Positions 1-10,330 of a stretch of 64,000 nt of DNA are shown here, one piece after another. The translations under genes and the position numbers were made by a program. Source of the stretch: Myxococcota bacterium (GTDB lineage Bacteria; Myxococcota_A; Polyangia; Polyangiales; Sandaracinaceae); assembly GCA_036149055.1 (NCBI GenBank), contig JAYZQJ010000033.1, positions 64,001 through 128,000 on the forward strand, written 5' to 3'. The first letter of the stretch is position 1, and each line of letters begins with the position of its first letter. Under the pieces are notes generated by a model, which searched no databases, was not told the origin of the DNA, and worked only from the letters and a program-made list of their open reading frames with translations.

Positions 1-366
1 CTCGCGTCGGAGACGGCGGCGCGGGACACGGGGCCGGCGCAGGCGGTGCGCCTGACGAGCTTGACCCTCGACATCACGCCGACGGCCGAGGGGGCCGGGG
101 ACACCGACGACTTCGACTTCGTCGACTCCGTCGACATCTTCGTCGAGAGCCGGGAGAGCGGGAGCGATCTGCCGCGGGTGCGCGTGGCGACGGTGAGCGG
201 CATCCCGGACGGCGCGCGCCAGATCGTCTTCGAGACCGACACGACGGTGAACCTGCGCCCCTACGTGAACGAGGGAGCCCGCCTGACGAGCTCGGCCGAG
301 GGCACGGTGCCCCCGGACGACGTGACCTTCGACGGTGACATCGTGCTCACCGTCGAGGTTCTGTGA
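1..366 (+). CDS. Hypothetical protein, 5'-truncated by the window edge
   Basis: Frame is open from base 1 to TGA at 364-366, with GC3-rich codons and a normal beta-rich composition (RLTSLTLDITP...FDFVDSVDIFVE). Confidence 0.75.
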   Translation, partial: LASETAARDTGPAQAVRLTSLTLDITPTAEGAGDTDDFDFVDSVDIFVESRESGSDLPRVRVATVSGIPDGARQIVFETDTTVNLRPYVNEGARLTSSAEGTVPPDDVTFDGDIVLTVEVL

Positions 367-369
367 CCC

Positions 370-3300
370 TCACTCGATGATGAAGAAGAGCTCCTCGGCC
401 TTGTCGGCGTCGAGCTTCTTCAGCGCCTCGTACTGCGCGCGCGCGGCGGCGCCCTGGCCGAGGTTCGCGTAGCAGACGCCGAGGCCGTAGCGCAGGCCCG
501 GGTCGTCGGGCGCGCTGAGCAGCGCCTGCTGGTAGGGCTCCACCGCCTCCTGGAAGCGGTGGAGCTCGATCAGGTTGTCGGCCAGGCGGTGCATCGCCTC
601 GCTGTGGTCGGGGTCGACCTCGCCGATGCGTGTGTAGGCTCGCACGGCGTCTTCACGGCGATCGAGGCGCTCGAAGAGCTTGCCGAAGCTCATCAGCGTG
701 TCGACGTCGCCGAGGCCGAGCTCCATCGCCTCGGCGCAGGCGGCGGCCGCGTCCTCCTTGCGGCCGACCTTGAGGTAGCCGAAGCCGAGGGCCGCCTTGA
801 GGCTCGGGTCGTGCGGCGCGTTCTTGCAGGCGCCCTCCCAGGCCGCGATGGCCTCCTCGCCCCGGCCGAGGCGCATGAGCGAGGCGCCGAGCGCGTACTG
901 CGCGGTGGCGTGGGTCGGATCCATGCGGAGCGCCCGAGACAGGGCCGCGGCGCTCTCGTCGAAGCGCTCGAGCCGCTGGAGCACCGCGCCCATGCGGAAG
1001 TAGCCCTCCGCGCTCTGGACCTCGCGCACGAGCGCGTTGAGCGCCTTCAGCGCCTCGTCGAGCTTGCCGGCCCGCTCGTAGGCGCTGGCGCGCGCGAGCT
1101 CCAGCCGCGCCGAGCCGCCGGACGCCGCCGCCGCCTCGAGCACGGAGATGGCCTCCTCGCCCTTGCCGGCCGCGGTGAGGGCCTCGCCGAGCGCGAGCAA
1201 CACCGCGGGGTCGTCCCCGTCGAGCTCCCGGGCGCGCTCGAGGCTCTTCAGCGCCTCGGCGGGCGCGGACTCCACGAGCAGCTCGCCGAGGGCCCGGTGG
1301 GCGAGCGCGCTCTCTTCGTCGAGCCGCACCGCCCGGCGCGCCGCGTCGAGCGCCCGATCGGGCTGACCGTCGTCGCGGTAGCACCACGCGAGCTGCACCC
1401 AGTCGTCGGCGTGATGACCGCCGAGCGACGCCGCCTGCCGGAGCGCCTCGAGCGCCTCCTGCACCCGGCCCGCCTCGCGGTGGAGCCGCCCGAGGAGCGC
1501 CTGCGCCTCGCGCGAGCTGGCGTCGGCCTCCGCGGCCGCCTTCGCCTCGGCGTAGGCCTTGTCCGCCTCGCCCGCGTCCGCGAACGCGCGCGCCAGCGCC
1601 ACCCGCACGCCGGCGTCCTCGGGGCGCCGATCGCGCGCCTCCACCAGCGCGTCGAGCAGATCGAAGCCGCGGTCGGCGTGACGGCAGGCCTCGGCGAGCT
1701 CCGCGGCGATCGGCGCCGGCGCCTCGGCCACGTGCATCGCCTGCTTGAGCGCGTCGACCGCCGCGTCCCAGCGACCGGCCGCGCCGAGGGCCCGCGCGAG
1801 CCGGCGCTGGATGTCCGCGTCGTCGGGCCGGAGAGACGCGGCGCGCTCGAGCGGCGCGACCGCCTCCTCCGGCGCGCTGCGATCCTCCCGCGCCTTCGCC
1901 AGGCCGAGCAGCACCTCCACGTCGTCGGAGAGCGCGGCGAGCTTGCCGTAGTGCGCCTCGGCCTCGCTCGGCATGCCCAGCGCGAGGTAGACCCGCGCCG
2001 CGTGCTCGTGCGCGTCCGCGCGGGTCGGGTCCAGCTCCGCCGCCTTGGCGTACTGCTGAACCGCCTGCTTGGAGCGCTTCTCCGCCTCCAGCACCTGCCC
2101 GAAGCCGACCAGGTAACGTGCGTCCTCGGGGCGCGCCGTGACCGCCGCCTCGCTCTCCTCCCGCGCCTTCGCCACGTCGCCGAGGGCGAGCATGGTCACG
2201 CCGAGGTAGTAGCGGGCCTCGGGGTCGTCGGGCGCCCGGTGCCGGGCGGCGTTGAGCCAGTCGCGGGCCTCGGAGTAGCGCGCGAGGCGACAGAGCGAGG
2301 CGCCCATGCCGACGGCGACCGGGCCGTCCTGCACGCCGAGGTTCACGGTCTTCGACAGCGCGTCGAGCGCCTCCTGCCAGCGCTCGGCGGCCAGCAGCGC
2401 GAGGCCGTGCGCGCGGTGCGAGGCCGCGTCCTGCGGGGCGAGCGTCGCCGCCTCGGCGAGGGCCTTCACCGCCTCGTCCACCCGGTCCATCGAGAGGGCG
2501 AGCTCCCCGAGCGCGCGGTGGAACCACGCCACCTTGGGCTTCAGCTCGGCGGCGCGGCGGAGCTCCTGGAGCGCCTCGTCCTTCCGGTCCACCGCGGCGA
2601 GCGCCTCGCCGTAGCCGGCGTGCCCGGCCGCGTCCTGGGGCGCCTTGGAGAGCGCCGCCTCGAAGACGCCGATCGCCGCGGCGTGCTTGCCGAGCGCGTT
2701 GAGCGCGCGCCCGACCTCGAACGCGGTGTCCGCGTCGTCCGGCCGGAGCTGCAGCGCCTTGCCGAACGCCTTGGCCGCGTCCGCGTGCTGCCCGGCGGCC
2801 GCGTGGGCCTTGCCGAGCCCGCGCTGCGCGTCGAAGTCCTCGGGCGACTCGGACGCCGCCTCGCCGAACACGCTCGCCGCGCCGGTCACGTCACCGGAGG
2901 CGAGCAGGAGGTCTCCGAGCTTCACCTTGCCGGGCGCGCCCGGGGCGAGCTCGACCGCGCTCCGCTGCGCCGCGATGGCGTCGTCCATCCGGCCGATCGC
3001 CGCCAGCTTGGCCGCCACCTGCTCCTGCATCGCGGCGTCCCCGGGCGCGGCCGCGCGCGCCTTGGCCAGCGCCGCCGCCGCGTCGTCCACCCGGCCCTCG
3101 CGGGCGCAGGCGTCGGCGAGCGCGAGCAGCGTGTCGACGCCGCCCTCTCCGACCTCGCTCGCCTTCGCCAGCGCGCGCGCGGCGTCGGCGTCGCGCCCGA
3201 GCGCCTGGTAGCTGCGCCCGAGGGCGGCCCAGGCCGCGCCGTCGTCGGACCGGGCGCGGACGGCCACCTCGAGCGCCGCCGCCGCCGGCTCGTGCCGGCC

Positions 3301-6300
3301 GAGGCGCGCGAGCGCGTGGCCGTACGACCGCTGGGCCTCGCCGTGATCGGGCCGCAGCCCCACCGCGGCCCGCAAGGCCTCCTCCGCCCCGGCGTCCTCG
3401 TTCCGCGCGGCGCGCACCTGGCCGAGGCCGAGCCACGCCTCGAAGCCGGTCGCGTCCGCCGCGGCCGAGGCCGCGAACGCCGCCTCCGCCGCGCCGAGGT
3501 CACCGAGCGCGCGCCGCGCGCGCCCCAGCCCGAGCTGGCTCTCCGCGTCCGGCGCGATCCGGACGGCGCGCTGGTAGGCCTCGGCCGAGGCCTCCCACCG
3601 GCCGGCCGCCGCGCACGCCGCCCCGAGCCGCGCCGCGATCCGAGGATCGTCGGGCGAGAGGGTCGCCGCCTGCGCGAGGGGCGCCGCCGCGTCCGCCGGC
3701 CGCTCCAGGCGCTCGAGCACCCCGGCGAGCGAGAGCTGCGTCGTGAGGTCCTCTTGCGCCATCGCGGCCGCCTGCTCGAGCGGCGAGAGCGCCTCGGCGT
3801 CGCGGCCCAGCTTGCCGTAGAGCCGGCCGAGCGAGACGAGGGCCTCCGCCCAGCCGGGGGCGAGCTCCACCGCCTTGCGGTAAGAGGCGATGGCCGCGTC
3901 GGGCTGACCGAGCTTGGCCTGCGCGTCGCCGAGCGCGTGATGCGCGTCGGCGGAGCCGGGCAGCAGGGTGACGGCGCGGGAGAGCGCCCGCAGGGCCGCG
4001 TCGGCCTGCTTCTTCGCGAGGAGCGTGCGGCCGTAGCCGAACAGCACGTCGCCGTCCATCGCGGCGTCGACCCCGCCCTCGAGCTGCACCGCCCGCTCGT
4101 AGCAAGCGAGGGCGCGATCGAGCTCGCCGCGCCGCTCCTGCACGTCGGCGAGCGCCGCGAAGAGCGCGCGGTCCTCGGCGTGATCGGCGGCCGCCGCCTC
4201 GAGCGCCTCGGCGGCCTCGTCGTCCCGGAAGTCCTCGGCGAGCAGCACGCCGAGCCCGCGGCGGGCCTTCTCCCAGCCGAGCCCGATCGCCTTGCGGTAG
4301 GCCTCCTCCGCGGCGGTGGGCGCCCCGTTCGCGTGGCGGGCGTCGCCGAGCGCGGCCCAGCCCTCCCCGCTCGACGGCAGCGCGGTCACCGCGCGCTCGA
4401 GGGCGGCCACCGCGTCGCCCGGGCGCTCGTCCCCCAGGTACGCCATGCCGAGGTGCAGGCGCGCCTCGGGCTGGTCCGGGTAGAGCGCGAGGCTCGCCTC
4501 GAGGTGCGTCACCGCCGCCTCGAAGCCGCCGCGACGGAGCTCCGCGGCCCCGAGCGCGCTCTTGACGCCCGCGTCGCCCGGGGCGCCCTCGTGCGCGGTG
4601 GTGAGCGCGGCGACCGCCTCGTCGTGCCGGCCGAGCCGGCTCAGGACGCGGCCGAGCTTGGCGTGCGCGCCTTCGGGCGTCTCGCCGCTGGCGTCGATCG
4701 CGGACTGGTAGGCCGCGGCCGCCTCGCCGGTCCGCCCGAGGGCCGCGAGCGCGTCGCCCTTCCCGACCAGCGCGGTCGCGTGCGCGCCGTCGAGGCGGAG
4801 CGAGTCGTCGAAGGCGGCGATCGCGCGATCGACCTGACCGGCGGCGAGCCGCGCGCGCCCCACGTCGGCCCAGCCTCGCGCCTCCTCGAGCCCGAGCGAC
4901 GCGGCCCGCTCGAGCGCCTCGAGCGCGGCCTCGGGCGCGCCCGTGGCCAGGAGCGCCGCGCCGAGCCGCGCGTTCGCCATCGCGTCGCCGGGCGCCAGCG
5001 CCACCGCGCGCTTCAGCGGATCGACCGCCGCCTCCTCGAACCCGAGCGAGAGGCGAAGATCCCCGAGGGCCGCCTGCCCTTCGGCGTCGTCGGGATCGAG
5101 CGCGAGCGCGCGGCTCCAGGCGTCGACCGCCTCGTCGTCCGCGCCGATCGCGCGCTTGGCCCGAGCCAGCTCCACCCAGGCGCCGCGGAGCTGCGGGGCG
5201 AGCTCGGTGGCCTTCTCGAAGCTGGCGCGCGCGTCGTCTGCGAGCCCGCGCGCCTTCTGGGCCCGACCGAGCCGGGCGTGGAGCGCGCCGTCGTCCTCCG
5301 CCAGCCCGACCGCGCTCCGGTAGCTCGCCTCCGCGTCCGCCGGACGCTCGGCCGTCATCCAGAGGTCGCCGAGCTCCGCGTGGAGCGCGGCGTCGTCCGG
5401 CCGGAGCCCGATCGCCTTCTTCAGCGCGTCGGCCGCCCGGGCCTGGTCGCCGAGCCCGCCGCGCGCCCGCCCGAGCGCGAGCCACGCGTCGGCGTCCTCG
5501 GCCTCGCGCTGGGTCACGCGCTCGAACGCCATCACCGCGAGCTCGTGCTGCCCGCTCTCGGACGCGCTCCGCCCGAGGGCCCGCTGCGCGTCGAGGCGGT
5601 CGGGCTCTCGATCGGTGGCGCGCTTCAAGGCGGCGACCGCGTCGGCGTGCCGGCCTCGCTCGGCGAGCGCGCGCCCGTAGGCGATCCACGCCTCGACGTC
5701 GAGCGGCGCGAGCTCGGTGGCCTTCTCGAGCGCCGGCAGCGCTCGCTCCACCCGCCCGAGCGCGAGCAGCGTCGCCCCGAGCTGGCTCTGCAGCGCCGCG
5801 TCGTCCGGCTTGGCCTCGACCGCCTTCTCGAGCGGCTCCACCGCGTCGGCGTCGCGATCGAGCGCCGAGTACGCCGCGCCGAGGCCGCCGAGGGCCTCGA
5901 CGTCCTGGGCCGCGCGCGCGAGCACCGCCCGCCACGCCTCGACCGCCTCCTCCTGGGCGCCCGCCTTCACCGCCGCGCGGGCGTGCTGACGGTGCGCGTC
6001 GAGCCGATCCGGGTCGAGCTTCGCCGCGCGCCGGTAGGCCTCGCGCGCCTCGTCCCACTTCTGGGCGTCGGTGTGGGCGCGGCCGAGGGCCATGAGCGCG
6101 TCGGGGTCGTCGGCGCTCAGCTGCGACAACGCCGAGAGCACCTCGGCCTCGTCGCTCGGCCGCTCGAGGCGCTTGAAGAGATCGGCGAGCGATCGCAAGA
6201 CGCCTTCGTTCTGCGGGTCGACCTCGCGGGCCTTGCGGTAGGCGCGCACCGCCTTCTCGAGCTCGCCGCCCGCCTCGTAGAGGGCGGCGAGGCTCTGGTG

Positions 6301-9300
6301 CGGCGCGGCGGACGCGCCGTCGAGCTGGGCGCTCTTCTCGAGCGCGGCCAGCGCCTCGTCGTTCATCTTCAGCGCCGCGCAGCTCTGCCCGAGCAGGAGC
6401 TGAGCCTCGGCGACGTCGGGCGCGATGCGCGTGCTCTGCCGCAAGGACTGGCGCGCCTCCTCCCACTTCTCCTGACCCGCCTCCGCCCGGCCGCGGCCGA
6501 GGTAGAGGCTCGCGTCGTCGGGCTCCACCTCGAGCGCCGCCGCGTACGCCCGCTCCGCGCCGCCGAGCTTGCCGAGCGCGAAGAGCACCGCGCCGTGGGC
6601 CGCGTGGACCTCCGCCCGCTCCGGCAGCAAGGAAACCGCCTTCGCCAGCGCGAGCTCGGCCTCCTCGTCCTGCTCGAGGGCGCGGTGCGCGAGGCCGAGC
6701 GCGTGCCAGCTCTCGCCCCGGCCCTCGTCGATCTCGACCGCCCGCGCGAAGGCCTTCACCGCCGCGCCGCGCTTGTCGAGCTTCGCCGCCGCGACGCCGA
6801 GCGCGTGGTGGGCGTCCGCCGATCGCGGATCGAAGCCCACGCTGTGATCGAGGGCGTCGTAGCTCCGCTCCCACCGCCCGGCCGCCGCCGCGGCGACGCC
6901 GAGCCGGCAGAGCAGCGCGGCGTCCTGAGGCGCGAGCTCCACCGCCTTCTCGAGCTCGTCGGCCGCCTCCTCGTCGCGACCGAGGTCGCGGAGCACCGCG
7001 GCGAGCGCCGCGTGCAGCTCGGGCTCCGGGGGCAGCGCCTCGATGGCGTCGCGGTAGGTGTCGACCGCCTGCTCCTTCTTGCCGAGCCGCGCGCGCACCT
7101 CGGCGAGGGCGCGCTTGGCCCGCCCCCGCCCCGGCTCCGCGCCGAGCGCCTGGTCGTAGGCCCGCTCCGCCTCGGGGAGCGCGTCGAGCCGGGAGAGCGC
7201 GAGGCCCAGGCTCTCCCACACCTCGGCGTTGCCGGGCGAGAGCGCCGCGCACTTCTCGAGCGCGTCGCGCGCCCGCTCCCACTGCTCGGCGCGCACGTAG
7301 CCGAGGCCGAGATCGATCAGCAGCTGGGTGCTGTCCCCGCCGCCGAGCTCCACCGCCTTCGCGTAGGCGTCCGCGCTCTCCTCGTGCCGACCGAGCTTCT
7401 GGAGCACGCCGCCCTGGCCCGACCACAGAGTCGACTCCTCGGGGTGCGCCTCGAGCGCCTGGGCGTAGACCTTCGACGCCTCCTCCCAGCGCTCGAGCTC
7501 CGCGAGCAGCGCCGCGCGAGGGCCGAGCCACTCGGTGCGCGCGGGCGCGAGCCGGCTCGCCTCCTCGTAGGCCGCGATCGCCTCCTCGCGCTCCTCCGCC
7601 TTCGCCGCCGCCTCGCCGCGCAGCGCGTGCGCCTCCGCCTCCTCGGGCAGGCGCTCCACCGCCGCCCGCAGCGCCTCGAGGCCCTCGCCGCCGCTCCGCA
7701 GCTGCGCCTTGCCGAGCGCGAGGCGCAGGGCGCCGTCGTCGGGGCGCGCCTTCACCGCGGCGGTGAGCGGGGGCACCGCGTCGCCCCACTTCTCGAGCTT
7801 CACCCGCACCTGCCCGAGCAGCGCCTTCAGCGACGCGTCCTCCGGGTCGAGCTCCACCGCCTTGGTCAGCCGCTCCTCGGCGACCTTCAGCTCGCCCTTC
7901 TCCTCGTGCAGCCGACCGCTCAGCGCGAAGCCCTCGGCCCACGACGAGTCGATCTCGAGCGCGCTGGTCAGGTGATCCTTCGCGGCGTCGAGGTCCTTCA
8001 GCTCGAGGCACGCCTTGCCGAGCCACTTGAACGCCTCGCCGATGTCGGGGCGGATCTTCACCGCCCGGGTGAGCGACTTGCGCGCGTCGTCCCACGCCGC
8101 CGTCCGAGCGAGGCTCACGCCGAGCCGGGTCAGGCTCTTCGGGTCCTCTTCGTCGAGCTTCACCGCGCGCTGCCACGCCTCGGCCGCCTCCGCGTGCTTG
8201 CCGAGGCGCTCGAGCAAGGCGCCGTGCGTGCGGTGCACCTCCACCGCGTCGGGCTTCCGCTCGGCCGCGCGCCCGTAGGCTCGCGCCGCGTCCTCCCACT
8301 TCTCGAGCTTCTCGCTGAGCTGCCCCGCCTCGAGGAAGCCCTCGACGAACTCGGGGTCGTGCTCGGCCGCCTTGAGGTAGGCGCCGATCGCCTCGCGGTC
8401 GTCCTCCAGCGCCCGGCATCCCTCCGCGAGCTCCTTGTAGGCGCGGGCCCGGACCAGCGGCTCCGGCTGGGCGCCGCCCTCGTCCCAGGTCCGCAGCGCC
8501 TTCTCGGCCGCCTGCTGCGCCTGCTGCCAGCGCTCGACCGCGTTGTAGGCGATGGCGAGCTGGAGCGCGGCCTGCGCGTCCTCGGGCGCGACCTTCACCG
8601 CCTTCTGCAGGATCGGCACCGCCTCGTCCGAGCGCTCCTGCCGGTTGAGCGACGTGCCGCGGATCACGAGCATCTCCGCGTTCTCGTCCTCGGCGCGCAG
8701 CACCGCGATCGCCGCCTTCTCGGCGTCGGCCCAGCGCTCGGCCTCGAAGTAGAGCCGCGCGAGCGCGGTCCACGCCTCGGTGTTGCCGTCGTCGAGCGCG
8801 ACGACCTTCTCGTAGCTCTTCACGACCTCGTCGGTCTTGCCGAGCTTCGCGCGCACCTGGGCGAGGGCCTCCTGCGTCTCGAAGTGCTCCGGGCGCATCT
8901 CGGCCGCGGTGACGAAGGACTTCTCCGCCGGCTCGTGCTGGCCGAGCGCGACCTGCGTCTGGCCGAGGAGGAAGAAGACGTCCGGGTCGTCCCGGAGCAG
9001 GGTCGAGGCCTTCTCGAGCCGCTCGAGCGCCTCCTCGTTCTTCTCCAGCCGCCGCAGGCAGCGGCCGAGCTTGAAGTAGATGCCGCCGTCGTCGGGGAGG
9101 AAGCGCAGCGCGATCTTGTAGGAGTTGTGCGCCTCCTGATCCTGGCCGACGTGCTCGTAGACGCCGCCGATGGCGATGTATCCGTCGAGGAAGTCCGGGT
9201 CGAGATCGAGCGCGCGCCGATAGGCCTCGATGGCGCGATCGTCCTCTCCGAGGTGTTTGCACGCCTCGCCGAGGAGCTTGTGCCCCTCGACGTGATCCTT

Positions 9301-9891
9301 CTCGGCGGCGACCAGCGCCTGGAGCACGCGGCCCGCGTCCTCCCACTTCTCGAAGCGCACGTAGGCGCGGCCGAGCGGGAGGAGCAGCGTCGGGTCGTTC
9401 GGCTCGAGCTTCAGCGCGCGCTCCAGGCACGCGATCGCGAGCTCCCACTTCTCGGCCTCGACGCAGGTCTCGCCGCCCTTGCGCGGCGCGTCGGCGTGCT
9501 CGGGCGGATCGGCCTCCGCCTCGAGCTGGCTCACCGCGTGGTAGGCGTCGGCGGCGGTGCTCACGTCGCCGACCTTCACCGCGACCTCGCCCAGCACGTA
9601 CTGGCAGTCGGCGTGCTCGGGCTTGATGGCCGCCGCCTCCTTCAGCGGGGCGACCGCCTCCTCGGTCTGTCCGTCCTCGAGGTAGGCGCGCCCGAGCCCG
9701 TACCGGCAGCCGAAGTGGTCGGCCTTCGAGCGGCGCGCGCTCTCGTACTCCTTGATGGCTCTGTCGAGCTCCCCGAGCTTGTGATACGCGGCCGCGAGCT
9801 GGTAGCGCTTCCGCGTGTCCTTGGGGTTCACGAGCAGACCCTGCTTGTACAGGGTCACCATCTCTCTGAGCTTCTCGGGGTCGTCCGACAT
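370..9891 (-). CDS. Giant tetratricopeptide-repeat protein (~3173 aa)
   Basis: Continuous ~34-aa TPR periodicity (A..LG......G...EA...Y..AL.L.P). Likely start is MSDDPEKLREM at 9891; the upstream extension of the ORF looks non-coding. Confidence 0.92.
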   Translation of the reverse strand: MSDDPEKLREMVTLYKQGLLVNPKDTRKRYQLAAAYHKLGELDRAIKEYESARRSKADHFGCRYGLGRAYLEDGQTEEAVAPLKEAAAIKPEHADCQYVLGEVAVKVGDVSTAADAYHAVSQLEAEADPPEHADAPRKGGETCVEAEKWELAIACLERALKLEPNDPTLLLPLGRAYVRFEKWEDAGRVLQALVAAEKDHVEGHKLLGEACKHLGEDDRAIEAYRRALDLDPDFLDGYIAIGGVYEHVGQDQEAHNSYKIALRFLPDDGGIYFKLGRCLRRLEKNEEALERLEKASTLLRDDPDVFFLLGQTQVALGQHEPAEKSFVTAAEMRPEHFETQEALAQVRAKLGKTDEVVKSYEKVVALDDGNTEAWTALARLYFEAERWADAEKAAIAVLRAEDENAEMLVIRGTSLNRQERSDEAVPILQKAVKVAPEDAQAALQLAIAYNAVERWQQAQQAAEKALRTWDEGGAQPEPLVRARAYKELAEGCRALEDDREAIGAYLKAAEHDPEFVEGFLEAGQLSEKLEKWEDAARAYGRAAERKPDAVEVHRTHGALLERLGKHAEAAEAWQRAVKLDEEDPKSLTRLGVSLARTAAWDDARKSLTRAVKIRPDIGEAFKWLGKACLELKDLDAAKDHLTSALEIDSSWAEGFALSGRLHEEKGELKVAEERLTKAVELDPEDASLKALLGQVRVKLEKWGDAVPPLTAAVKARPDDGALRLALGKAQLRSGGEGLEALRAAVERLPEEAEAHALRGEAAAKAEEREEAIAAYEEASRLAPARTEWLGPRAALLAELERWEEASKVYAQALEAHPEESTLWSGQGGVLQKLGRHEESADAYAKAVELGGGDSTQLLIDLGLGYVRAEQWERARDALEKCAALSPGNAEVWESLGLALSRLDALPEAERAYDQALGAEPGRGRAKRALAEVRARLGKKEQAVDTYRDAIEALPPEPELHAALAAVLRDLGRDEEAADELEKAVELAPQDAALLCRLGVAAAAAGRWERSYDALDHSVGFDPRSADAHHALGVAAAKLDKRGAAVKAFARAVEIDEGRGESWHALGLAHRALEQDEEAELALAKAVSLLPERAEVHAAHGAVLFALGKLGGAERAYAAALEVEPDDASLYLGRGRAEAGQEKWEEARQSLRQSTRIAPDVAEAQLLLGQSCAALKMNDEALAALEKSAQLDGASAAPHQSLAALYEAGGELEKAVRAYRKAREVDPQNEGVLRSLADLFKRLERPSDEAEVLSALSQLSADDPDALMALGRAHTDAQKWDEAREAYRRAAKLDPDRLDAHRQHARAAVKAGAQEEAVEAWRAVLARAAQDVEALGGLGAAYSALDRDADAVEPLEKAVEAKPDDAALQSQLGATLLALGRVERALPALEKATELAPLDVEAWIAYGRALAERGRHADAVAALKRATDREPDRLDAQRALGRSASESGQHELAVMAFERVTQREAEDADAWLALGRARGGLGDQARAADALKKAIGLRPDDAALHAELGDLWMTAERPADAEASYRSAVGLAEDDGALHARLGRAQKARGLADDARASFEKATELAPQLRGAWVELARAKRAIGADDEAVDAWSRALALDPDDAEGQAALGDLRLSLGFEEAAVDPLKRAVALAPGDAMANARLGAALLATGAPEAALEALERAASLGLEEARGWADVGRARLAAGQVDRAIAAFDDSLRLDGAHATALVGKGDALAALGRTGEAAAAYQSAIDASGETPEGAHAKLGRVLSRLGRHDEAVAALTTAHEGAPGDAGVKSALGAAELRRGGFEAAVTHLEASLALYPDQPEARLHLGMAYLGDERPGDAVAALERAVTALPSSGEGWAALGDARHANGAPTAAEEAYRKAIGLGWEKARRGLGVLLAEDFRDDEAAEALEAAAADHAEDRALFAALADVQERRGELDRALACYERAVQLEGGVDAAMDGDVLFGYGRTLLAKKQADAALRALSRAVTLLPGSADAHHALGDAQAKLGQPDAAIASYRKAVELAPGWAEALVSLGRLYGKLGRDAEALSPLEQAAAMAQEDLTTQLSLAGVLERLERPADAAAPLAQAATLSPDDPRIAARLGAACAAAGRWEASAEAYQRAVRIAPDAESQLGLGRARRALGDLGAAEAAFAASAAADATGFEAWLGLGQVRAARNEDAGAEEALRAAVGLRPDHGEAQRSYGHALARLGRHEPAAAALEVAVRARSDDGAAWAALGRSYQALGRDADAARALAKASEVGEGGVDTLLALADACAREGRVDDAAAALAKARAAAPGDAAMQEQVAAKLAAIGRMDDAIAAQRSAVELAPGAPGKVKLGDLLLASGDVTGAASVFGEAASESPEDFDAQRGLGKAHAAAGQHADAAKAFGKALQLRPDDADTAFEVGRALNALGKHAAAIGVFEAALSKAPQDAAGHAGYGEALAAVDRKDEALQELRRAAELKPKVAWFHRALGELALSMDRVDEAVKALAEAATLAPQDAASHRAHGLALLAAERWQEALDALSKTVNLGVQDGPVAVGMGASLCRLARYSEARDWLNAARHRAPDDPEARYYLGVTMLALGDVAKAREESEAAVTARPEDARYLVGFGQVLEAEKRSKQAVQQYAKAAELDPTRADAHEHAARVYLALGMPSEAEAHYGKLAALSDDVEVLLGLAKAREDRSAPEEAVAPLERAASLRPDDADIQRRLARALGAAGRWDAAVDALKQAMHVAEAPAPIAAELAEACRHADRGFDLLDALVEARDRRPEDAGVRVALARAFADAGEADKAYAEAKAAAEADASSREAQALLGRLHREAGRVQEALEALRQAASLGGHHADDWVQLAWCYRDDGQPDRALDAARRAVRLDEESALAHRALGELLVESAPAEALKSLERARELDGDDPAVLLALGEALTAAGKGEEAISVLEAAAASGGSARLELARASAYERAGKLDEALKALNALVREVQSAEGYFRMGAVLQRLERFDESAAALSRALRMDPTHATAQYALGASLMRLGRGEEAIAAWEGACKNAPHDPSLKAALGFGYLKVGRKEDAAAACAEAMELGLGDVDTLMSFGKLFERLDRREDAVRAYTRIGEVDPDHSEAMHRLADNLIELHRFQEAVEPYQQALLSAPDDPGLRYGLGVCYANLGQGAAARAQYEALKKLDADKAEELFFIIE

Positions 9892-9902
9892 GAGGGAGGG
9901 CG

Positions 9903-9931
9903 ACGATACCGAAGCGGGCTGCGCGATTGAA
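9903..9931 (-). promoter_or_regulatory. Putative sigma70 promoter of the TPR gene
   Basis: Minus strand TTCAAT-N17-TATCGT, ending 11 nt before the ATG. Confidence 0.4.
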
Positions 9932-10066
9932 GAGCGGATCGCGGCCCCGTAACCCGAGTTGCGCGGCGCTCCCGACGCCGCCCGCGGCGATACCCTCGTT
10001 TGGGGATGTAGCCCTCGAGAAGAGGGCGAGAGGAAACCAGGTCGCGCGGCGCGCGATGAGCCGGCC

Positions 10067-10318
10067 ATGCCTGCTCGACGCCCGCGCTACGCGCCCCGCG
10101 ATCGCTACCGGACCCGCCCCTCGGCGCGCGAGGTCCCGGCCCTGCACGACCTGGCCGCGACGGCCCTCGATCGGCCGCTGGTGGATCTCCCCGCGGCGCG
10201 GAGACGCGAGCGGGCCCGGACGCGCTGCCTGCCCTCTCTCGTGCCCCTCGTGCTGGTGGTGCTCGGCCGCTCGCTGACCCTCGGCTCGGTCGTCGGCGCG
10301 ACCCTGGCGTGCCTGTGA
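10067..10318 (+). CDS. Possible small membrane protein
   Basis: 83-aa ORF filling an intergenic gap, with a hydrophobic C-terminus (LVPLVLVVLGRSLTLGSVVGATLACL). No family recognised. Confidence 0.35.
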   Translation: MPARRPRYAPRDRYRTRPSAREVPALHDLAATALDRPLVDLPAARRRERARTRCLPSLVPLVLVVLGRSLTLGSVVGATLACL

Positions 10319-10330
10319 GGCTGTTGCCTC

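Noticed and set aside
559..9930. 3123-aa plus-strand ORF and 2215-aa alternate-frame ORF over the TPR gene
   Set aside because: Shadow ORFs caused by extreme GC codon bias: Arg/Gly/Ala-rich or antisense-mirror composition with no motifs.
10011..10027. Small hairpin GCCCTC-gagaa-GAGGGC upstream of the TPR gene
   Set aside because: Too short to be significant at this GC content; no riboswitch consensus recognised.
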